From the NCBI GenBank assembly GCA_002269645.1, contig NIVC01001216.1:1-64000 (forward strand): a stretch of 64,000 nt of DNA, written 5' to 3'. Position 1 is the stretch's first letter, and every line of letters starts with the position of its first letter. Shown piece by piece: positions 23,996 through 36,200 of this stretch. Under the pieces are notes generated by a model. It was not told the origin of the DNA and did not search any database. It worked only from the letters and a program-made list of their open reading frames with translations. A program made the position numbers and the translations under genes. This stretch comes from Macrostomum lignano. Its lineage: Eukaryota.

Positions 23996-24776
23996 TTGAC
24001 AGAAAAGTGAGCTGGCTGTGTGTAGTAGCCTCTACACAATGAGGTGTAGCGACGAATGAGGATTCAAACAAAGTTAGATAGAAGCATTACACAGCATAGC
24101 AATTGCACACTATATTTTAACGATTTACGATTATACTCTTAAAAACATTGCTATTGTTCAGAGCTATTACATCATGGATATTTTAAAATATTGCACGAAA
24201 ATTAATAAAATATAGACAGACAATTAGGACTTTACAGAGCAAGTATTTTAAGTACCCTTTTTATACCTTTATGACGAAGACAATTTTGGACCAACACTAT
24301 TTCTTTTTTTTCATAGAACTTTTTCTGCATCTCTTCTGTTTTTATTACCACTCTGCTTGCTTGTAAAATTGCATTGCTTCCTTCTTTCAGAGAGCCTTTG
24401 TTGTCAGCTGAGCACCCAAATGCGTATTTCTGACATTGACATTCCAGGTTTTTAGTTGACAAATTATTAAATTATGGTATTCAAGAAATTTTGCATATTC
24501 AGACGCCATATAAATATCTATTTTTGGTGCTTAATTAATAATAACAAAACTAGAAGTACGAGATGCACTGTTGGTTTTTAATCCGCGAGGGCCAAGTTGC
24601 ACAGTTTTAAAAAAATAAATATACAGATGGATGCATAAGTGATGTACTTTTGAATAAATATATTTTTGACTGTTTCGCTTAAAAAAGAAATCGAACAATA
24701 AAGTGTTTCGTAATTTTAAGGTGCACTGAAATGCATTCTGCAAGCAGTATATAATCGTTAGCTTTGTATATATAGG

Positions 24777-24777
<1 letters not shown>

Positions 24778-24818
<41 letters not shown>
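24778..24818. repeat. (TA)n microsatellite
   Basis: Read directly. Confidence 0.9.
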
Positions 24819-24823
<5 letters not shown>

Positions 24824-25309
24824 TTGTATATACGAATTTACTCACCTACTACAATTAGTAATGGAACATGCTAATTATTCTGCTAGGGTTTTGCGATTGG
24901 AAAAGTACGTGTAGTACTTAAATAGCGCAGCAGTAGCCATAATAGTAGTATTAGCAGCAGTAGTAACAGAGGTGTGTACAAAAAAGAAATTTATATTAAA
25001 TTATTGTACAGTACAAGCTTACCCGCCGAGGTTTACAAAGAGAGTTGTAGTGAAAATGAGTAGTGAGAAAGGTTATCACAAGAGATATATGTATGGCATC
25101 GGGTAAAATTGCAGATTAAATAAAAATTTAGGTTCAGGCAAATTTAACTACTAAAATAAATTTGTTACTAAATATAGCAAAGGAAGACAATTAAAAAATC
25201 AAGGTTTGATGACGCAATGAAATCAACAAAAAATTATGTATTCAACGTTAGAAGCACTTTAATTCGAATTCATAAAAAAACGGGAAATACGAGCTAGGAA
25301 ACATCGATC

Positions 25310-28300
25310 ATGGCCGGGCTAGCTAGTGTACATTGGGGAAGGGAGGTTTATCATATGGCTGGGGCTAGCTGGTGTACATTGGGGAAGGGAGGTTTATCAT
25401 ATGGCTGGGGCTAGCTGGTGTACATTGGGGAAGGGAGGTTTATCATATGGCTGGGGCTAGCTGGTGTACATTGGGGAAGGGAGGTTTATCATATGGCTGG
25501 GGCTAGCTGGTGTACATTGGGGGAGGTTTATCATATGGCTGGGGCTAGCTGGTGTACATTGGGGGAGGGTGGTTTATCATATGGCTGGGGCTAGCTGGTG
25601 TACATTGGGGAAGGGAGGTTTATCATATGGCTGGGGCTAGCTGGTGTACATTGGGGAAGGGAGGTTTATCATATGGCTGGGGCTAGCTGGTGTACATTGG
25701 GGAAGGGAGGTATGGCTGGGGCCAGCTGGTGTACATTGGGGAGGGAGGTATGGCTGGGGCTAGCTGGTGACTGGTGTACATTGGGGAGGGTGGTATGGCT
25801 GGGGCTAGCTGGTGTACATTGGGGGAGGGTGGTATGGCTGGGGCTAGCTGGTGTACATTAGGGGAGGGAGGTATGGATGGGGCTAGCTGGTGACTGGTGT
25901 ACATTGGGGGAGGGAGGTATGGATGGGGCTAGCTGGTGACTGGTGTACATTGGGGGAGGGTGGTATGGCTGGGGCTAGCTGGTGTACATTAGGGGAGGGA
26001 GGTATGGATGGTGCTAGCTGGTGACTGGTGTACATTGGGGAGGGTGGTATGGCTGGGGCTAGCTGGTGTACATTGGGGGAGGGTGGTATGGCTGGGGCTA
26101 GCTGGTGTACATTAGGGTAGGGAGGTATGGATGGGGCTAGCTGGTGACTGGTGTACATTGGGGAGGGTGGTATGGCTGGGGCTAGCTGGTGTACATTGGG
26201 GGAGGGAGGTATGGATGGGGCTAGCTGGTGACTGGTGTACATTGGGGGAGGGTGGTATGGCTGGGGCTAGCTGGTGTACATTAGGGGAGGGAGGTATGGA
26301 TGGGGCTAGCTGGTGACTGGTGTACATTGGGGGAGGGTGGTATGGCTGGGGCTAGCTGGTGTACATTGGGGGAGGGTGGTATGGCTGGGGCTAGCTGGTG
26401 TACATTAGGGTAGGGAGGTATGGATGGGGCTAGCTGGTGACTGGTGTACATTGGGGGAGGGTGGTATGGCTGGGGCTAGCTGGTGTACATTGGGGGAGGG
26501 AGGTATGGATGGGGCTAGCTGGTGACTGGTGTACATTGGGGGAGGGTGGTATGGCTGGGGCTAGCTGGTGTACATTAGGGGAGGGAGGTATGGATGGGGC
26601 TAGCTGGTGACTGGTGTACATTGGGGGAGGGTGGTATGGCTGGGGCTAGCTGGTGACTGGTGTACATTGGGGGAGGGTGGTATGGCTGGGGCTAGCTGGT
26701 GTACATTGGGGGAGGGTGGTATGGCTGGGGCTAGCTGGTGTACATTGGGGGAGGGTGGTATGGCTGGGGCTAGCTGGTGTACATTAGGGGAGGGAGGTAT
26801 GGATGGGGCTAGCTGGGGCTAGCTGGTGTACATTGGGTAAGGGTGGTATGGCTGGAGCTAGCTGGTGTACATTAGGGGAGGGAGGTATGGATGGGGCTAG
26901 CTGGTGACTGGTGTACATTGGGGGAGGGTGGTATGGCTGGAGCTAGCTGGTGTACATTAGGGGAGGGAGGTATGGCTGGGGCTAGCTGGTGACTGGTGTA
27001 CATTGGGGGAGGGAGGTATGGCTGGAGCTAGCTGGTGTACATTAGGGGAGGGAGGTATGGATGGGGCTAGCTGGTGACTGGTGTACATTGGGGGAGGGTG
27101 GTATGGCTGGGGCTAGCTGGTGTACATTAGGGGAGGGAGGTATGGCTGGGGCTAGCTGGTGACTGGTGTACATTGGGGGAGGGTGGTATGGCTGGAGCTA
27201 GCTGGTGTACATTAGGGGAGGGAGGTATGGATGGGGCTAGCTGGTGACTGGTGTACATTGGGGGAGGGAGGTATGGCTGGAGCTAGCTGGTGTACATTAG
27301 GGGAGGGAGGTATGGATGGGGCTAGCTGGTGACTGGTGTACATTGGGGGAGGGAGGTATGGCTGGAGCTAGCTGGTGTACATTAGGGGAGGGAGGTATGG
27401 CTGGGGCTAGCTGGTGACTGGTGTACATTGGGGGAGGGAGGTATGGCTGGAGCTAGCTGGTGTACATTAGGGGAGGGAGGTATGGATGGGGCTAGCTGGT
27501 GACTGGTGTACATTGGGGAGGGTGGTATGGCTGGGGCTAGCTGGTGTACATTAGGGGAGGGAGGTATGGCTGGGGCTAGCTGGTGACTGGTGTACATTGG
27601 GGGAGGGTGGTATGGCTGGAGCTAGCTGGTGTACATTAGGGGAGGGAGGTATGGATGGGGCTAGCTGGTGACTGGTGTACATTGGGGGAGGGAGGTATGG
27701 CTGGAGCTAGCTGGTGTACATTAGGGGAGGGAGGTATGGATGGGGCTAGCTGGTGACTGGTGTACATTGGGGGAGGGAGGTATGGCTGGAGCTAGCTGGT
27801 GTACATTAGGGGAGGGAGGTATGGATGGGGCTAGCTGGTGACTGGTGTACATTGGGGGAGGGAGGTATGGCTGGAGCTAGCTGGTGTACATTAGGGGAGG
27901 GAGGTATGGATGGGGCTAGCTGGTGACTGGTGTACATTGGGGGAGGGAGGTATGGCTGGAGCTAGCTGGTGTACATTAGGGGAGGGAGGTATGGATGGGG
28001 CTAGCTGGTGACTGGTGTACATTGGGGGAGGGAGGTATGGCTGGAGCTAGCTGGTGTACATTAGGGGAGGGAGGTATGGATGGGGCTAGCTGGTGACTGG
28101 TGTACATTGGGGGAGGGAGGTATGGCTGGAGCTAGCTGGTGTACATTAGGGGAGGGAGGTATGGCTGGAGCTAGCTGGCCTACATTAGGGGAGGGAGGTA
28201 TGGCTGGAGCTAGCTGGTGTACATTGGGGAGGGAGGTATGGCTGGAGCTAGCTGGCCTACATTAGGGGAGGGAGGTATGGCTGGAGCTAGCTGGTGTACA

Positions 28301-29252
28301 TTGGGGGAGGGAGGTATGGCTGGAGCTAGCTGGTGTACATTAGGGGAGGGAGGTATGGCTGGAGCTAGCTGGCCTACATTAGGGGAGGGAGGTATGGCTG
28401 GAGCTAGCTGGTGTACATTGGGGGAGGGAGGTATGGCTGGAGCTAGCTGGCCTACATTAGGGGAGGGAGGTATGGCTGGAGCTAGCTGGTGTACATTGGG
28501 GGAGGGAGGTATGGCTGGAGCTAGCTGGCCTACATTAGGGGAGGGAGGTATGGCTGGAGCTAGCTGGTGTACATTGGGGGAGGGAGGTATGGCTGGAGCT
28601 AGCTGGTGTACATTGGGGGAGGGAGGTATGGCTGGAGCTAGCTGGTGTACATTGGGGGAGGGAGGTATGGCTGGAGCTAGCTGGTGTACATTGGGGGAGG
28701 GAGGTATGGACGGGGCTAGCTGGTGTACATTGGGGGAGGGAGGTATGGCTGGAGCTAGCTGGTGTACATTAGGGGAGGGAGGTATGGCTGGAGCTAGCTG
28801 GCCTACATTAGGGGAGGGAGGTATGGCTGGAGCTAGCTGGTGTACATTGGGGGAGGGAGGTATGGCTGGAGCTAGCTGGCCTACATTAGGGGAGGGAGGT
28901 ATGGCTGGAGCTAGCTGGTGTACATTGGGGGAGGGAGGTATGGCTGGAGCTAGCTGGCCTACATTAGGGGAGGGAGGTATGGCTGGAGCTAGCTGGTGTA
29001 CATTGGGGGAGGGAGGTATGGCTGGAGCTAGCTGGCCTACATTAGGGGAGGGAGGTATGGCTGGAGCTAGCTGGTGTACATTGGGGGAGGGAGGTATGGC
29101 TGGGGCTAGCTGGTGTACATTGGGGGAGGGAGGTATGGCTGGGGCTAGCTGGTGTACATTGGGTAAGGGTGGTATGGCTGGGGCTAGCTGGTGTACATTG
29201 GGGGAGGGAGGTATGGCTGGGGCTAGCTGGTGTACATTGGGGGAGGGAGGTA
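25310..29252. repeat. 39-46-bp G-rich minisatellite (GGTGTACATTGGGGGAGGGAGGTATGGCTGGGGCTAGCT)
   Basis: About 95 copies with regionally clustered variants. Confidence 0.97.
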
Positions 29253-30039
29253 TGTGCCATAACAAACAGGCAATGATAAAATTCAAGCGAAAGAAACAGC
29301 TTCTTCTATAAAAAGAGCTGGCAACTATAACAGACAATAGCTAATAAAGATCACATTAACAATGTCCAATAATGAGCAAATAAAACAATTATACATCGTA
29401 AAGTTTGAGGCCACCATCTTTAAATGAATTTCTGTCACGTTTCGCTGCTTAGACAAAGGCCATTATAACTGGGCAGTGCAAAATATGTTTAGAAAGGATA
29501 CGCATATGCGTATAAAGATTCCAAAAAGCGAAGCTATTCTAAATAATTAAATATGCTATTACGAGTAAGGCATAAATATGTGCAAAACTACTTGTCTGAG
29601 AACCGTGCTTAGAGCCTTAATAGTTGAGCTGAAGGTAAGTAAAAACATCATATTACCTGTATACAAAACAGAATGAAGAGATGTTTGCATTGTTGCAGAA
29701 AAAGTCGAAAATTTAATTTCACAAGTTTATTTACGCAGAAAAACGCACGCATAGGCACAGCAATCTACTATTAACGCTAGTAGTGACATGGGTAAGTAGG
29801 TATATATATATGTTGTATACACATTTTAATCATGATAATGAAACGCTTCAGTTTAATACTCGCATATATAGTCGGTCGGGAACGGATTAAAAGTCGTCAT
29901 GTAACAAAACAAAGAGAAAAGAAACGATGCGATCTGCGAATGAATTTTTCACAATTTTCTGGGTCAATTAATGCTAGTACAATAAACTAATCACAATAGG
30001 GAGTGGAAGTCTTGAAAACATCTTGACATCTTGAAAATT

Positions 30040-30460
30040 AGAGCAAATCTACATTGTCTCGGGGGGGAAGGAAGAGAAACTGGGGTTGTCCCAGCCCTAG
30101 AGCGAATGTACATTGTCTCGAGGGGGAAGAGAAACTGGGGTTGTCCCAGCCCTAGAGCAAATGTACATTGTCTCAGGGGAAGAGAAACTGGGGTTGTCCC
30201 AGCCCTAGAGCAAATGTACATTGTCTCAGGGGAAGAGAAACTGGGGTTGTCCCAGCCCTAGAGCAAATGTACATTGTCTCAGGGGAAGAGAAACTGGGGT
30301 TGTCCCAGCCCTAGAGCGAATGTACATTGTCTCAGGGGAAGAGAAACTGGGGTTGTCCCAGCCCTAGAGCAAATGTACATTGTCTCAGGGGAAGAGAAAC
30401 TGGGGTTGTCCCAGCCCTAGAGCGAATGTACATTGTCTCGGGGGGATTGAAACTGGGGTG
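30040..30460. repeat. 53-bp tandem repeat just 3' of the p190 stop codon
   Basis: About 8 copies of GTACATTGTCTCAGGGGAAGAGAAACTGGGGTTGTCCCAGCCCTAGAGCAAAT. Confidence 0.93.
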
Positions 30461-30489
30461 TTCCCAGCTGTAGAGTTAAATTTCTATCG

Positions 30490-31605
30490 TCATCCATCAA
30501 GTACTTCGGGCGACTGAATAACAGATTCCACAATGCACTGCAACGCCTCCCGATAAGTCAGCAGCATCATAGGATTTTTAGGCGACAGCAAAGTCGGCGC
30601 CCAGCACAGCGCCAGATTGTAGGCCGTCATTTTTGTGACCTCATGAGCGGCAGCAAGCCTGTGAAGATGTCTGGCCAGCCGTTTCAGACAGGCCAGCTGG
30701 AACGGGTCGAGCTCAGCCCGGAGCAGCTCGCCAAGCTGAACCGGCAGCTGGCACAGCTGAGCCAATTGCGGCAGCAGCCGTTCAGGCAGCAGGGGAGGCG
30801 TCAGTTTACCGATGATCTGTTTCAGAGCCGAGGTGACGGTGCACAGGCTGGGCCCGCGATTGGCCAGCTCGGCCGGCTGGCTTAGCAACAGGCTGACTGT
30901 GTCGGCAATGTCGTACGCGTTTCCGCAGGTTCGATAGACGCCTTCGGTGGCCAGACCGCCGTTGGCTTCGATGTAGGCGACGCAGGCGGATAAGCAGGCT
31001 GGAACGGGGGATGCGGAGTTATCTAACGGCAGCTGCGACCACGACAGCGGCGGGATAGCGGCCGGCGCGGCGCCGTCACGCTTGCTCGGCTGATGGCGCA
31101 GCTGGTGACGGCCGGACTGCTTGGATCTGCAATGGAGGTTGAGTGCGGAATGGGGATGAGGATTGGTGGGGATAGGAGGGGATCAGTAGGGATCATTATG
31201 GATTAGTGGCGATCATTGAGAATCAGTGGGGATCATTGGGGGTCATTGGGAATTAGTAGGGATCATTGGGGATCAGAAGGGATCAGTGGCGATCATTGGG
31301 AATCATTGGGAATCAGTGGGGATCATTGGGAATCAGCACAGATAATTGGGGATCAGTAGGGTCATTAGGGATCATTGGGGAGTAGAGACCAGTTGGGGAT
31401 CATTGGGGAGTAGAGCCCAGTTGGGGATCATTGGGGAGTAGAGACCAGTTGGGGATCATTTAGGGATCATTGAGGATCAGTAAAGTTACAATAGGGATCA
31501 ATGAGGACCAGTAATCCGAAGCTAATATTATCGCCGAGAGGATCTCAGAGCAGTCTCTCTCACCTGGCCTCGAGTTCGTCTCCAGTAAAAGCGGGATTAA
31601 CAGAA

Positions 31606-31636
<31 letters not shown>

Positions 31637-32975
31637 CCGCAGCAGCCGCCGCAGCAGCCGCTGGAGTCTTAGCTGAGCCAACCATTTGAAAATTGCCATC
31701 AGGTAAAGCGTTTAATGCGTCAGAATAAGTGGAGTCGGGTGGCGGTCCAGGTGCAAACGCAGCAGAGCCGACAAAGCCAGGCGCAGCCATTGAGTAGCTA
31801 TCAGGCGGCGAGGCATAGACCTCCGGCATTGCCGCTGGCACCGGCGCTATGCCGGCCGCGTCTCCATCGCCAAGAGGAGTGTAGTACTGCGGCTCCAGGC
31901 TGCCCGCGTCGGCAATGCCAGCTGGGAGGCTGTGATCGTCGGCATCGTCAGGGCACGGCTGGTAGTAGGACGCCGAGCCGCCAGACGAGCCAGACGTCAT
32001 CAGCAGCGACGCCGGCGACACAGTCTTGGCGGTGGCGGAGATCAACTGTCGCCAAGGCGCCGTAGCCCCGGCAATGACAAAATTCGACAATATCGACGAG
32101 TCGACGGCGTAGTCGTCTAAATGAAAGTCCGGATTGCCGGGAGATCTCGGACCGACGTTAACCAGCAGGTAGGGCGTACGAGGGCCGCTAGCAACGGCCG
32201 TGGCGAACTGCTTAGCGCAAACGTAGGACGCTCTCCGAATAGAGTTGTACACAATCAACAGTCTAGTAGGCTGGCTCTGATGCTGCTGCTGAGGCTGGCG
32301 TAGAATTCGCCAGGCCCGATGAAACGAAGCTACTATTAGTAGCATGCAATTCTCTTTAGCGGACATTGGGCCGGAGCCGTTTGCAGCGGCGGCTAGCGGG
32401 CTAGCAGTGTTGGCCACGGTGAACAGCAGCGAGTCGTGCCCGACCCGGCGCAGCTGAGCTGACCGGCGAGCTGGCAGGGCCGCCAGCAGGCGGGCGATGC
32501 TGCATGGAATGTCGGGATCGCCGCAGACTAGGGCGACTAGCAGAGCCGACGACGGTGTCGGAGTCGACGATGATGTCGAAGCGCCAGACGTTGGCGTCGC
32601 TGTCGAGTTGGCTGTTTGTGTCGACAAATTTGTCGATGCTGCTTGAGTCGACGCGCCGGCGGCTTCAACAGCCGCAGGTAGCAGGCGGGTCAGGCAGTCC
32701 TCAGCCAGCTGCTTCAAGCTGTTGTTGATGTCGGCAACTGCGACAACGTTTCGACGCTGCTGCAGCTGGCCAACGATCGGCGAGGACGATGTAGAAGAGT
32801 TGGCGTCGTCGCTTGTGGGCGACTGTCGGCAGGTCTGCGACTGGGGCTGCTGGCACTCCAGATGGCGGGCGCGGATGCTGGCGGCCAGCTGACGGCCCTG
32901 GCTTAGCAACGAATCGTCGGTTGACGGCGAGAGGCAGCAGACGGCTGCGGGGGCAGTTTGGGACGTGAGACAGAT

Positions 32976-33044
<69 letters not shown>

Positions 33045-33063
33045 CACACACAGACAGACAGAC

Positions 33064-33112
<49 letters not shown>

Positions 33113-33131
33113 CACACACAGACAGACAGAC

Positions 33132-33172
<41 letters not shown>

Positions 33173-33185
33173 CACAGATAGACAG

Positions 33186-33256
<71 letters not shown>

Positions 33257-36200
33257 GCTGAGAGGCAAACATGAATACTCACCAATTCGAGAATTGGTGG
33301 CAGTCTCCGACTGCTGCTGATGAGGCGGCGTAGGCGGCTGCTGGGGCTGCTGAGTCAGCTGGTTGTGCGCCGGCGAGCCGGGCCCCAGGCTCTCGTAGGC
33401 GCTCTCCTCTTCATAGGCCAACGCGGCGTCTCTCAGAGCGGGCACTGCGTGTACAAAGGAGCGCGCCTCCTCCAGGCTGCCAGAGTCGCCAGAGTACAGC
33501 AGTACGCAGTTCAACCCGCCAGCTACGTCAGCGCCCGTCGATTCGTCGACATTCGAAGCGCCGACTATCCCGGCGCCAGTCTGTCGGAGTTGCGCCAGGG
33601 TTGGCGCTCGAACCTCCACCTGCAGCGGCGGCGACCCGTCGGGCAGGTGAAAGCAGCCCGGCTGTTGGCGCAGATGACGGCAGGCCCGTTTGAACTGGCG
33701 AACCAGCTGGGGCTGGCCTAGGAGCAGCAGCTGCGGCACTGACACCTGGCCGCGATGGTGCTCGGTCAGGGCCTCCGGCACCGTGTAATCGGCGCATGGC
33801 CGGAGTCGACAAGCCGACGCGTCGTTGGGCAGGTCGAACCAGACTCTGGCGATATCCTTGGCCTTGTCTGGCCGGAGCAGCTGCAGCAGATTTGAGCAGC
33901 GGGTGTCGCGCTTCATCAGTTTGGCAGCCCGGCGGACGTCTTCGTCTGTTGGACCGGATTCCTGCGGTCCACGGTACGGCGTACTATGATGAGTTTCGAT
34001 ACATATCGGCAACAATAAGAATAGAATCGATACATATCGACTGAGTAAGAATAGAATCGATACATATCGGCAGCCATTAAGAATAGAATCAATACATATC
34101 GGCAGGTATTAAGAATAGAATCAATACATATCGGCAGCCATTAAAGAAAAAAATCGATACATATCGGCAGCCATTAAGAATAAAATCGATACACATCGGC
34201 AGCCATTAAGAACAGAATCGAAGCATATCAGTACAGAGTAAGAATATAATCGATACATATCGGAATTTATTAAAGAATCCCATAAGAGTGCATCGCAAAC
34301 CTACCAACACCGGTACTAGTTCAGACCGTTCAAGCAGCCACTCCTGAACCTCGGCCAACGCTAATCGCCGACCCTCCAGCTGCAGTTCGGGCAGCAAAGC
34401 CTGCAGACCGGATTTGCCGTGCTCGGCTAGCGCCGTTTCTAGCGTTGCCGGGGGCACCAGGCGAAACAGGTCCTCCAGGCTGGCTGCGCCTGCTAGACAG
34501 GACGGAGACTCGCGCAGAGAGGCCAGCACCTGGGCCTTGAGAACGTCACGGCGCCGGCGCTGCTGTATGCGATCCCGGTGGTCCTGGGAATGGGCGATGA
34601 ATTTGAGAAAGTGATCAGAATCAAAGTGATTATCACGTTAAATTAAGAGTGACACGAATCGAAGTCAGGGTGACCAGAATGAGGGAACAGAGTGACAAAA
34701 AGTGGGGATCAGAGTGACAGAAATGAGGGATCAAAGTAACCAGAATTCCACGATTAGAGTGACTAGAATGGCCAGATCAGTGACCAGAATGGCCGGATCA
34801 GTGACCAGAATGGCTGGATTAGTGACCAGAATGGCCGGATCAGTGACCAGAATGGCTGGATTAGTGACCAGAATGGCCGGATCAGTGACCAGAATGGCCA
34901 GATCAGTGACCAGAATGGCCGGATCAGTGACCAGAATGGCCGGATCAGTGGCCTGAATTGCAGGATCAGTGACCAGAATGGCAGGATCAGTGGCCCGAAT
35001 TGCAGGATCAGTGACCAGAATATCAGGATCAGTGACCAGAATTGCAGGATCAGTGGCCCGAATTGCAGGATCAGTGACCAGAATATCAGGATCAGTGACC
35101 AGAATGGCAGGATCAGTGGCCCGAATTGCAGGATCAGTGACCAGAATATCAGGATCAGTGACCAGAATGGCAGGATCAGTGGCCCGAATTGCAGGATCAG
35201 TGACCAGAATATCAGGATCAGTGACCAGAATTGCAGGATCAGAGTGACCAGAATATCAGGATCAGTGACCAGAATTGCAGGATCAGAGTGACCAGAATAT
35301 CAGGATCAGTGACCAGAATGGCAGGATCAGTGGCCCGAATTGCAGGATCAGTGACCAGAATATCAGGATCAGTGACCAGAATGGCAGGATCAGTGGCCCG
35401 AATGCAGGATCAGTGACCAGAATATCAGGATCAGTGACCAGAATTGCAGGATCAGAGTGACCAGAATATCAGGATCAGTGACCAGAATGGCAGGATCAGT
35501 GACCAGAATATCAGGATCTGTGGCCCGATTTGCAGGATCAGTGACCAGAATATCAGGATCAGTGACCAGAATGACAGGATCAGTGGCCCGAATTGCAGGA
35601 TCAGTGGCCCGAATTGCAGGATCAGTGGCCCGAATTGCAGGATCAGAGTGACCAGAATATCAGGATCAGTGACCAGAATGGCAGGATCAGTGGCCTGAAT
35701 TGCAGGATCAGAGTGACCAGAATGGCAGGATCAGTGGCCTGAATTGCAGGATCAGAGTGACCAGAATTGCAGGATCAGAGTGACCAGAATTGCAGGATCA
35801 GAGTGACCAGAATGAGATAAAACTCACCATAAAGATCTGACTAGACTCGGCCTTATTAATGAGGAAATTGTAAGGAATCCTGGTGTCCAAAGAGGCTAAA
35901 TAGTCCCTATTCTCCTGCCAGGCGTTGGTCACGCTGACAAAGTGCTGATCGCCCCCAATGTGCAGCAGCCGTTTAACAACCGAGTCGTGTCGCATCAGCC
36001 TGGCCGGTTCGGCGGTCTCCAGCGGGTACGCCGTGTCCAGCAGCTTCCTGAGCCGCTGCCCGATCACTTCTCGACGTTCGGACACCGCGCGATCGCGCAG
36101 CGAGGCCGCGCATCTGGATTGGATGGGATTTGGGATAGAAATGGGATTTGGGATAGAAATGGGATTGGGGATAGAAATGGGAGATTGGGGATAGAAATGG

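Noticed and set aside
21134-29337. Long Pro/Thr/His-rich and Gly/Trp-rich ORFs
   Set aside because: They are products of the G-rich satellites, with no splice context or non-repetitive domain.
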